Numbered from the stretch's first letter, positions 18,890 through 25,628 are shown. The stretch: 40,569 bases of DNA from a virus (IMGVR_UViG_3300049982_000268:1-40569), one strand, 5' to 3'. The notes: generated by a model not told the origin, from the sequence alone. Numbers and translations: made by a program.

Positions 18890-19276
18890 TCATGGGCGGG
18901 GGAACTCCACTCCGGGGAACGCGCCGGGCTTCCCCTGTTCGGCGGGGCGCAGCTCGTAGGCCCATCCCTCGTAGCTGCCGTAGGCGGACGACAGGCAGTG
19001 GATCTTGCGCCAGTACCGGCAGCGAGCGTGTTCCAGCATCTCGAACAGCGCGTCGGCGAGCTTGTTGACCGCCTCGTCCGTGATCTTGTAGGCGTCTTCC
19101 TGGTAGCGCGGGTGCGCGGCCTGGTAGAGCAGGTCGTCGAGGTCGGTGGGCAGGTCGTCCCAGTCCTCGGAGAAGACGACCTTCAGAGCTTCGTGCGGAT
19201 CGAGCGTGCCCCGCACGAGGATCTCGCCCTCGTCCATGACGTCCACGCTGTAGCGCGGCGCCTTACTCCCCGGCAT
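18890..19276 (-). CDS. Hypothetical protein
   Basis: ORF overlapping the Thg1-like gene end; GAGG RBS before ATG 19276. Confidence 0.65.
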   Translation of the reverse strand: MPGSKAPRYSVDVMDEGEILVRGTLDPHEALKVVFSEDWDDLPTDLDDLLYQAAHPRYQEDAYKITDEAVNKLADALFEMLEHARCRYWRKIHCLSSAYGSYEGWAYELRPAEQGKPGAFPGVEFPRP

Positions 19277-20039
19277 CGGGCACCTCGTCACCGAGCAGCC
19301 ACTGTCGCGCGCCCGAGGCGCCGAAGTCCGGGGCCGTCTCGAAGACCCACCGGCGACGTTGCGCCTCGCCGACGTGCTCCTGCTGGTCGCGCTTGTCGGT
19401 GTAGCGGACCTCCTCGGTGCCCCAGCGGGGGACGACGATCGTGCCCCGCTTGAAGCGCGGGTCCTCGTCGTTCCAGTTCACGCCGTGCTCGGCCCAGAGC
19501 ATCTCCTGCATGACGCCGGTGCTCTTGCCGTGCAGCTGCTTGGTGCTGAAGTACGCCTGGGCGAGCATCGAGATCGAGTTCCGGATGGCGTCCCGCTGGC
19601 GCCAGAGGAAGTAGTTGATCACTTCCAGGTCCTGCGGGATCGTGAAGGCCCGGGCGTCGAAGAAGGCCAGGCGGCCCGCCGGACGCAGCTCGTTGAACTT
19701 CGCCGTGGCGAAGCTGGCCGCGATCGAGACGATCTTCTGGAGGTTCCCGTCGAACCACGCCTGGGTCTGCCGGGTGGCGAAGTCGGTCAGCAGGATGCTG
19801 ATCTCGTCGGACTGGGTGTAGCCGACGCGGGCGCCCTGGATCTCCTGGCAGAGGAACCGGGTGGTCTCGGCCATGTCGTCCATCAGCGTCTTGTCGTACG
19901 GCCGCTCCAGGCCCCGGGTGTAGGTGTGGAACGCCTTGCCGTCGATCCGGATGAGCGTGTGCGTGCGCCGGGGCAGCTCGATCTGTGTCCGGCGCTCGTA
20001 GTCGCCCTTCATCCGGTCGCCCATCGGGTCCTTGCTCAC
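19263..20039 (-). CDS. thg1: tRNA(His) guanylyltransferase / Thg1-like protein (3'-5' polymerase)
   Basis: Diagnostic motifs IRIDGKAFH, YTQSDEIS, WFDGNLQKIVS, FDAR, YFLWRQRDAIRNSI, GVNWND...FKRG. Confidence 0.93.
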   Translation of the reverse strand: MSKDPMGDRMKGDYERRTQIELPRRTHTLIRIDGKAFHTYTRGLERPYDKTLMDDMAETTRFLCQEIQGARVGYTQSDEISILLTDFATRQTQAWFDGNLQKIVSIAASFATAKFNELRPAGRLAFFDARAFTIPQDLEVINYFLWRQRDAIRNSISMLAQAYFSTKQLHGKSTGVMQEMLWAEHGVNWNDEDPRFKRGTIVVPRWGTEEVRYTDKRDQQEHVGEAQRRRWVFETAPDFGASGARQWLLGDEVPDAGE

Positions 20040-20485
20040 GAAAAGTCCTCCTCCAGCAGCCGGAAGCCCAGGCGCGATACACCCCAGTGGGTGTAGGTCG
20101 TCTTCTCCTCCGGCGGGTCCGTCACGGACTGGGGCTCGTCGAACCGGATGGTGCAGTGGGCGTTCGGGCGGCCGATGATCGCGACGACGATGCCCTGCAC
20201 CGGCTCGTCGGTCCAGTAGAGCGCGCCGGGCAGCGTCTCCACCCGGTCGTTCAGCCGGACGTCGGCGGCGGTCTGAGCCGGGGTGTTCGGCACGGCGCCG
20301 ATGACCCGGGAGACCTCGGTGATGTCATCACCGATCCGGTGGCCGATGCTCGGCGGGTACGACGACCAGATGCAGGTCCACTCGGTGTTGGCCATCTCGC
20401 TGTCCGGGTAGCCCGGGTCCTGGCGCACCCAGATCGTGTGGTCGTCTCCGTGGTCCTCGCGGCGGACCGTGCCGATGGGATCCAT
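20036..20485 (-). CDS. Hypothetical protein
   Basis: MDPIGTVRRE...; start motif at 20495-20506. Confidence 0.7.
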   Translation of the reverse strand: MDPIGTVRREDHGDDHTIWVRQDPGYPDSEMANTEWTCIWSSYPPSIGHRIGDDITEVSRVIGAVPNTPAQTAADVRLNDRVETLPGALYWTDEPVQGIVVAIIGRPNAHCTIRFDEPQSVTDPPEEKTTYTHWGVSRLGFRLLEEDFS

Positions 20486-20525
20486 GTTCGCTCGCCTCCA
20501 GTGCGGCTCGTGGGTCGTGCTCCCC

Positions 20526-20554
20526 ATACTACCCGAACGGGTAGCCTGCGTCCA
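20526..20554 (-). promoter_or_regulatory. Promoter with consensus operator
   Basis: TGGACG-N17-TAGTAT; TACCCGAACGGGTA at 20530-20543. Confidence 0.7.
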
Positions 20555-20572
20555 GCTCCGTTGCCGGGCTCT

Positions 20573-21394
20573 TCAGATCGGCATCGGGAAGGCCTCGGGG
20601 GCGGCGCCGCCCGCGCGGAAGGAGAGGTTCTTGCAGGGCTCGCCTTTGCGGTAGGTGTTCCAGGCCTTGAAGGTCAGGGCCAGCAGGTGGTCGCTGGAGT
20701 AGCGCTTCGAGGCCGACAGGGCGTTCTGGTTGAGCGCCTCGCGCAGCCGGTAGGCGGGGTCGACCGAGGTCAGGTTCTCGCCCGTCATCAGGTCGGAGAG
20801 GAACCGGTCGGCGTCCGCCTCGTCCAGCCCGAGGAAGATCGTGCGGGCCACGGCGATGTAGGCGCGCGGCATCTTGATCTTCTGGGTGTACGAGCCCGCA
20901 GCGGTCACCGAGCGCCGCAGTTCCGGGTGCCGGTTGAGCACGTCGTCGAGCTGCGGGAAGGACGCGCGCTTGCCGAAGGACTCCTTGCCGAAGTACGCGT
21001 GTTCGAAGCGCCACAGGAGGTTGACCGCGCTGGCCAGCGTGGTGGCGTTGGGCTCCTTGTCGATCTGGAGCTTGTCGGCGTAGGTGCGCGCCAGGTTGCG
21101 GTCCATGACCTCCTGGGCGTCCGAGTTGAGTCCCCGGATCACCAGGCACTGCACGGTCAGCCCGGACTCGTCGATCGCCTTGAGCCGGTGCTGACCGTCC
21201 AGCAGGACCTTCTCCGCGCTGAAGCGGATGGGGGAGCCGTCCAGGCGCCACTCGCCGCGCAGGATCGCGTTCTTGAGGTCCTCGACCCGGCCGGGGCGGA
21301 GCTTGCGGTTGCGGACGTTGTGGTCCCTCAGCCACCTGCGGGCCTTGACGGGGTCGACGGACTCGATTTTGGCGGTGGGAGTGGTGCTCGGCAT
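20573..21394 (-). CDS. ParB N-terminal-like domain protein
   Basis: NVRNRKL...GEWRLDGSPIRF...LLDGQHRLKAI. Confidence 0.85.
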   Translation of the reverse strand: MPSTTPTAKIESVDPVKARRWLRDHNVRNRKLRPGRVEDLKNAILRGEWRLDGSPIRFSAEKVLLDGQHRLKAIDESGLTVQCLVIRGLNSDAQEVMDRNLARTYADKLQIDKEPNATTLASAVNLLWRFEHAYFGKESFGKRASFPQLDDVLNRHPELRRSVTAAGSYTQKIKMPRAYIAVARTIFLGLDEADADRFLSDLMTGENLTSVDPAYRLREALNQNALSASKRYSSDHLLALTFKAWNTYRKGEPCKNLSFRAGGAAPEAFPMPI

Positions 21395-21424
21395 CAGTTG
21401 CCTCCTGTGCAGCAGATGGATGGA

Positions 21425-21805
21425 TTAACGGTGAACGACCGGCAGCTCGATGTCGCGGTGGTGCACCTCGACATCGGTCCGGTTCCAGTACAGGCGCAGC
21501 TCGTGCGCGATGAAGTCGGCGATCACCACGGAGCGGTGGCGCCCGCCCGCGCAGCCGATAGCCACGCTGGTGTCCCCGAACTCGTACAGCCCGGCCAGCA
21601 GCTTGGCCGTCTTGACGACCAGCGCGATGGCGCCCGGGGTCTCCATGACCACCGAGACCACGCGCGGGTTCTTGCCGGTCAGCTCCTTGAACTCGGGGTC
21701 CGGGCTGAAGTGCGGATCCCGCAGGTCGCGCCGCAGGTCGAAGGTCAGCAGGGCCTCCGGCGGCCCGATGGGATGCAGGTAGCCGAAGGAGATGAGGGTG
21801 ATCAC
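21425..21805 (-). CDS. RapZ (YhbJ) C-terminal-like RNA-binding domain protein
   Basis: ISFGY...DLR...LRDPH...LTG...VAIGCAGGRHRSV...VHHRD; lacks the N-terminal kinase domain. Confidence 0.85.
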   Translation of the reverse strand: MITLISFGYLHPIGPPEALLTFDLRRDLRDPHFSPDPEFKELTGKNPRVVSVVMETPGAIALVVKTAKLLAGLYEFGDTSVAIGCAGGRHRSVVIADFIAHELRLYWNRTDVEVHHRDIELPVVHR

Positions 21806-22131
21806 TCCAGCCCCCGGCGATCGCGCGAGAGGCGCAGCAGGATGTCGTCGGTCTCCATGCGCTCGATGGGCATGTCGACCGAGCCGGACGGGTCGGCGCC
21901 TGGCGGGTACTCGATCAGCCAGCGCTCGATGATGACCGGGAAAGGCGGCTGTTCCGGAACCCCGGCCTCCCGGAAGGCCACCACGCGCTCGGCACGGTGG
22001 TCGGCCGCCGCGTCCAGCGCGCCGTCGAGGGTGTCGTGCTCGCCGCCCACGCTGTAGGTGGCGCCCACGTACGGGATGACGGCGAAGTAGACCCGGACGA
22101 TCGTGGAGCCCGAAGGCACGCGGGTGGGCAT
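21802..22131 (-). CDS. Hypothetical protein
   Basis: MPTRVPSG..., TGATG coupled. Confidence 0.65.
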   Translation of the reverse strand: MPTRVPSGSTIVRVYFAVIPYVGATYSVGGEHDTLDGALDAAADHRAERVVAFREAGVPEQPPFPVIIERWLIEYPPGADPSGSVDMPIERMETDDILLRLSRDRRGLE

Positions 22132-22271
22132 CAGGACCATCCCTTGGCCGCGTGCTTCGGGCGGCGGCGGTACATCTTCGGCGTCTTGTGGCGCGAGGAG
22201 GCCGAAGAGCGGCGCAGGTCCTGGACCAGGCGCACGCGCTCGGCCTGCTCGGCCGTACGGCTAGTAGACAC
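22131..22271 (-). CDS. Small basic protein (46 aa)
   Basis: Manually translated VSTSRTAEQAERVRLVQDLRRSSASSRHKTPKMYRRRPKHAAKGWS; fills the gap and overlaps both neighbours. Confidence 0.6.
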   Translation of the reverse strand: MSTSRTAEQAERVRLVQDLRRSSASSRHKTPKMYRRRPKHAAKGWS

Positions 22272-22509
22272 CCTGCACCATCTCCTTCAGCTCCGCCTTG
22301 ATCCGCTTGGCGTCCTCGCCCCGCCAGCCAGTGGCGTTGGACAGGAAGTACCGCACGATCGAGGCGGCGGAGTCGGCACCATAGGCGTCGGTGACGAGGT
22401 CCAACTGCTCCATCGCGTCGAGGTAGGGCTTCGCGGCGTAGTTCACCTTGGGCCAGGTCTCGTAGACCTCGTGGGCGACTTCGTAGAGCGGGCGGGTCTG
22501 GGTGGACAT
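22261..22509 (-). CDS. Conserved small phage protein
   Basis: MSTQTRPLYEVA...AKPYLDAM...YFLSNATGWRGEDAKRIKAELK; start motif at 22515. Confidence 0.8.
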   Translation of the reverse strand: MSTQTRPLYEVAHEVYETWPKVNYAAKPYLDAMEQLDLVTDAYGADSAASIVRYFLSNATGWRGEDAKRIKAELKEMVQGVY

Positions 22510-22543
22510 CGGGACCTCCAGTGCGGTCGAACGAACTACGCCC

Positions 22544-22573
22544 ACCCTACCCGAAAGGATAAGGTGGGCGCAA
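22544..22573 (-). promoter_or_regulatory. Promoter with operator
   Basis: TTGCGC-N18-TAGGGT; TACCCGAAAGGATA at 22548-22561. Confidence 0.6.
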
Positions 22574-22583
22574 GAGGGCCAGG

Positions 22584-22904
22584 TCAGCGAGTGGCGAGGA
22601 AGGTCACTGCTCGGCGGGCCGAGGCGGTGCGCGGCGCCAGCGGGTCCCGAACAGTCCACATGTGCGCGGAGTCGAGCGCCACGGTCAGCATGAGCAGGTT
22701 CTGGAGCAGGAAGCCGGACGCGCCCGGTGTGGTCACCGTGTAGGCGATGAAGGTCAGCTGGGCCGCCGCGAGGTACCACCAGCCGACCGTGAGGCCGCGC
22801 CGGGTGTGCAGGACGGAGAGGACGTTCAGGATCGACACCGCCCAGGGGATCGGGTGGTGCGCTGGATTGAAGTCGAGCTGGAGCTGAGCGAGAAAGGTCG
22901 ACAT
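22584..22904 (-). CDS. Small three-TM protein, PnuC-like
   Basis: W...LSV...RR...GWW...Q...AY...GF pattern of short phage PnuC-like proteins; start motif at 22912. Confidence 0.55.
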   Translation of the reverse strand: MSTFLAQLQLDFNPAHHPIPWAVSILNVLSVLHTRRGLTVGWWYLAAAQLTFIAYTVTTPGASGFLLQNLLMLTVALDSAHMWTVRDPLAPRTASARRAVTFLATR

Positions 22905-22961
22905 CTTGCTACCTCCGGTGCGGGATGGTGGAGAAGTTTCCGAATGGGACGGTAGCAAGAC

Positions 22962-22999
22962 AAAGCCCCCGGTGGCAGGGGGTTCCACCGGGGGCTTTT
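22962..22999. terminator. Intrinsic terminator closing the tRNA/ncRNA-DUF397 unit
   Basis: 14-bp inverted repeat AAAGCCCCCGGTGG/CCACCGGGGGCTTT with T runs on both strands. Confidence 0.75.
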
Positions 23000-23010
23000 C
23001 AAATCAGACG

Positions 23011-23217
23011 CTACACCTTCGGGCGGTCGTACTGACCCGCCTTCGCCGAGAGGATGAACGCGTCCCACTCGGCGTCGGTGAAGCTGTGGACCGGGCTGGC
23101 GGCGCCGAGCTTGCTGTCCCGCAGGAAGACGCCGCCGGTCTGACTCAGGTCGACCTCGACGCAGTTCCCGCCGATGGGCTCGCCACAGCGGTTCGGCTTC
23201 TGCCACTGGTGCTGCAT
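23011..23217 (-). CDS. DUF397 domain protein
   Basis: WQKP...GGNCVEV...VFLRDSK...FTDAEWDAFI...KAGQYD; AAGGAG RBS. Confidence 0.9.
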   Translation of the reverse strand: MQHQWQKPNRCGEPIGGNCVEVDLSQTGGVFLRDSKLGAASPVHSFTDAEWDAFILSAKAGQYDRPKV

Positions 23218-23299
23218 GTCGTGCTCCTTGCTGTTGTGCTCCGGCCGCCCAGGTGCTGCCGGAGCGCGCACAGGTGATCAATCGCAGGCCGCGAAGCCG

Positions 23300-23416
23300 C
23301 CCTGTCCGGAGACATCCTCCGGCTCTACGCCCTGTGCGCTGGTGAGTCCGAGACGACACCGCTTCCCCGCAGGGGCTGGAGTCGGGTCTGGTGGGACGCC
23401 TATCACCGTCAGCGCC
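23300..23416 (-). ncRNA. Putative structured RNA module B
   Basis: Non-coding, with several complementary stems; shares ordered sequence blocks with 23885-24031. Confidence 0.4.
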
Positions 23417-23448
23417 ACGACGTCGTCCAGCTGGTCATCTCGGTTCGG

Positions 23449-23527
23449 GGTGATGCCGAGGCTCGAACTCAGCAGGAGAGGCCTCTCCAGCAGGCCGACG
23501 GGATTGAACCGCTCTTCCTGCACCACC
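23449..23527 (-). ncRNA. tRNA-like element with two T-loop hairpins
   Basis: Closing stem GGTGGTGC/GCATCACC; T-loops TTCAATC and TTCGAGC; D-arm-like GCCT-GCTGGAG-AGGC. Confidence 0.45.
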
Positions 23528-23648
23528 AGGCGCGGGGGCCGCCTACTACGACCGTGCGGGATCTGGCCCCAGGAGAGCCGCCACGCGGATCACTGGAGCT
23601 GGCCTCGCCGCACCCGAGCGGAGTAAGGGTTTCCGCAGGCACCGCCGC

Positions 23649-23717
23649 CGTCCTCCAGGGCATCGAACCCCGCCTTTCCCGACGGGGCCAACCCGCCAGG
23701 CCTGCTCACCACGGACG
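23649..23717 (-). ncRNA. tRNA-like element or pseudo-tRNA
   Basis: Acceptor-like CGTCCGT/GAGGACG; T-arm CGGGG-TTCGATG-CCCTG; no D stem; 9-bp arm with loop TTGGC. Confidence 0.5.
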
Positions 23718-23775
23718 TTAGGCACCTCCCGGTGTTCCGGCAGGTCGTCCTTGAGCTGAGGACGTCTGTACTGCG

Positions 23776-23848
23776 TGGCCCCCGTGGGTCTCGAACCCAC
23801 GACCCTCCGATTAAGAGTCGGATGCTCTACCAGCTGAGCTAGGGGGCC
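23776..23848 (-). tRNA. tRNA-Lys (CTT)
   Basis: Full cloverleaf; anticodon arm TCCGA-CT-CTT-AA-TCGGA; no encoded CCA. Confidence 0.95.
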
Positions 23849-23884
23849 GGGTGCGCGCGAGTGTTTCATGAGCCAACGAAAAGA

Positions 23885-24062
23885 CCGTCCGGAGATCTCC
23901 TCCGGCACCATGCTCGCGCGCGAACCAGGCTCAGGCGCTCCGTGCCAGCACTGTGCGCCATCTGTGCGGGATCGCTACCTCTGGTCCAGCTCTTCCCCCG
24001 CACGGGGTTATCCCGGGGTTCCGGGCCTGGTCTGTCCGACCGGGGCAACGGAGGCCGGTCGG
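23885..24062 (-). ncRNA. Putative multibranch structured RNA module A
   Basis: Stems CCGACCGG/CCGGTCGG, ACCAGGC/GCCTGGT, GTGCGGG/CCCGCAC, GGCGC/GCGCC and CCGGA/TCCGG. Confidence 0.5.
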
Positions 24063-24106
24063 GGTGTTCTTAAGTCCTCCAGGCGTGCACGCCCTGTTGC
24101 CACTTG

Positions 24107-24178
24107 CAGGGGCGGAGGGGATCGAACCCCCGACCGGCCGCTTTGGAGACGGCTGCTCTTCCGCTGAGCTACACCCCT
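24107..24178 (-). tRNA. tRNA-Trp (CCA)
   Basis: Cloverleaf; anticodon arm GCCGT-CT-CCA-AA-GCGGC; followed by CAA, not CCA. Confidence 0.95.
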
Positions 24179-24190
24179 AGGTAGAGAAGA

Positions 24191-24250
24191 CGTGGCCCGG
24201 GGAGTCACACCCCGCCTGCCCGGAACGGGCTGCTCGTCGAGCTGGCCACG
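24191..24250 (-). ncRNA. 60-nt mini-cloverleaf tRNA mimic
   Basis: Perfect acceptor CGTGGCC/GGCCACG; D arm GCTC-GAC-GAGC; arm GCCCG-TTC-CGGGC; T arm CGGGG-TGTGACT-CCCCG. Confidence 0.6.
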
Positions 24251-24418
24251 CCACACCGTCCTCTGCGCAAAGGACTCGGGCTGTCACCGCCCACGATCGT
24301 GCCGACCGCCGCACTCACTCGTCAGGCCTCTCCGGGCTGATCCTCCAGGCTTGCGCACGAGAGGGGCCCTTCAGGACAAGACGAGCTTGTGCTGGGCGCC
24401 GGATGCCTCCGGCACTTG

Positions 24419-24490
24419 TAGCGCGTACGGGAGTCGAACCCGTGTCCCCCGGCTGAGAACCGGGGATCCGTTCCACTGGACCAACGCGCC
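24419..24490 (-). tRNA. tRNA-Glu (CTC)
   Basis: Cloverleaf; anticodon arm CCCGG-TT-CTC-AG-CCGGG. Confidence 0.93.
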
Positions 24491-24680
24491 CTAGCACCCC
24501 TTCCTGGGCCTGACGGGACGCCAGGAAGGGGTTCGGCTCGGTATGCCTCTGGCACGAGGGTGCTGACGTTGCCGCCCGCACCGAGCCGGTACTGCTTCGC
24601 ACCCGAAGCCTCCTCCTCGACGTGGCCCCGAGCCGTTTCACTTGGAGAGGCGGCTCGTAACGGGGCTCATTCTGAGAGCT

Positions 24681-24760
24681 TGGTGCGACCCGGGGTTTTC
24701 GATCGTCCCTGCTTCTACCAGGGGCGAGCGCAGGAAGCCGGGGCAACCTGGGCGGGTCGT
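24681..24760 (-). ncRNA. Structured element ending in ACCA
   Basis: CGACCCG/CGGGTCG closing stem followed by C-ACCA; internal CCAGG/CCTGG and TCCTGC/GCAGGG pairings. Confidence 0.35.
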
Positions 24761-24789
24761 TATAAAGGATAGGACCGCCATCATCCTTG

Positions 24790-24863
24790 CGCTCCAGACG
24801 AGATTCGAACTCGCGGCCCTCCGCTCGACAGGCGGACGCTCTAACCATCTGAGCTACAGGAGC
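24790..24863 (-). tRNA. tRNA-Asp (GTC)
   Basis: Cloverleaf; anticodon arm TCCGC-CT-GTC-GA-GCGGA; one acceptor-stem mismatch. Confidence 0.92.
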
Positions 24864-24983
24864 TTGTGCAGTTTTGCGGCCTTGGGCACCGCTGCGCGGG
24901 GCGGGACGAAACCCATCTTCCCCCGCACTTCGCCGGGCGCGACCCCGACTCAGCGGTGGCACCTCACAGTGCCCTCGGCTCAG

Positions 24984-25057
24984 TGGCGGGAACCGGATTT
25001 GAACCGGCGACCTTCGGATTATGAGTCCGACGCGCTACCAAACTGCGCTATCCCGCT
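24984..25057 (-). tRNA. tRNA-Met (CAT), initiator-like
   Basis: Anticodon arm TCGGA-CT-CAT-AA-TCCGA; A1:C72 mismatch; T-loop TTCAAAT as in tRNA-fMet. Confidence 0.92.
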
Positions 25058-25105
25058 CCGGCCCGGCCCTCCCCGGTTCGAAGCCCGGGGAGGCGGCCGT
25101 GGGTG

Positions 25106-25134
25106 ATGCTACTCGAAGGGGTAGGGGGCTGCAA
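25106..25134 (-). promoter_or_regulatory. Promoter/operator of the tRNA-ncRNA block
   Basis: TTGCAG-N17-TAGCAT; TACTCGAAGGGGTA at 25110-25123. Confidence 0.65.
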
Positions 25135-25146
25135 CTGCCTTCCGGG

Positions 25147-25212
25147 TCAGGTGCCCTTGCGGATGTCCTTGACCCACTCTTCGATCATCTTGTCGAGCTT
25201 GTCGAAGCCCAT
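25147..25212 (-). CDS. 21-aa peptide MGFDKLDKMIEEWVKDIRKGT
   Basis: GGAGGTG RBS within the start motif, own promoter, and GC3-rich codons. Confidence 0.6.
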   Translation of the reverse strand: MGFDKLDKMIEEWVKDIRKGT

Positions 25213-25316
25213 GTCCACCTCCGGTGCGGTGCGATCTGGTTCTGAGTCGCACCGGAGGTGGAGCCCGTTACGAGGGACTCTCGGTGGCCTCCGGTGCGGC
25301 CTCTCTGCTGTCTCCG

Positions 25317-25345
25317 ACATTACCCGTTCGGGTAGTGGCCGTCAA
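25317..25345 (-). promoter_or_regulatory. Promoter with consensus operator
   Basis: TTGACG-N17-TAATGT; TACCCGTTCGGGTA at 25321-25334. Confidence 0.75.
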
Positions 25346-25349
25346 CCCC

Positions 25350-25628
25350 CTATTCCCAGTCCTGGATGATGTCCAGCGCACGCTGGGTGACGTCCAGGTA
25401 GCTGAGCAGGTTCGGACGCTCGCTGCCGCGCTCGGAAGCGGCCCAGTTCGCCGCAGCAGCGGCCTCCTCCAGCGTGCAGGTGCGAGAGGTGGACTCGTAG
25501 ACCGTCCAGGCGATCGGGCCCAGCAGAGCGACGTTCAGGGCCGGGTCCGCACCCTGTCCCTGCCGGTCTCGCTCGGCCTTGGCCAGCTTCTCCAGCGCCG
25601 TGACCCGGCTCACGATCTCGACGGCCAT
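25350..25628 (-). CDS. Hypothetical protein
   Basis: MAVEIVSRV..., TGATG coupled. Confidence 0.65.
   Translation of the reverse strand: MAVEIVSRVTALEKLAKAERDRQGQGADPALNVALLGPIAWTVYESTSRTCTLEEAAAAANWAASERGSERPNLLSYLDVTQRALDIIQDWE

Noticed and set aside
22937-22950. Possible extra operator TTTCCGAATGGGAC
   Set aside because: Too degenerate, and spacing to the start motif and -10 does not fit the other sites.
23900-23920. GAGCATGGTGC reminiscent of the raiA motif RNA
   Set aside because: The other raiA conserved blocks and their order were not found.
24310-24330. CTGACGAG resembling a hammerhead core
   Set aside because: No matching GAAA or cleavage triplet in the required stem arrangement.
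23278-24962. ORFs called across the tRNA block
   Set aside because: They overlap clear tRNA cloverleaves, lack RBS and have Arg/Pro/Gly-rich non-protein-like composition.
23700-24985. Theta/HDV-like ribozymes at tRNA 3' ends, or a tmRNA
   Set aside because: I could not build the nested P1-P2-P3 double pseudoknot after any tRNA; no G3-U70 acceptor with a tag ORF. A covariance-model search is still needed.
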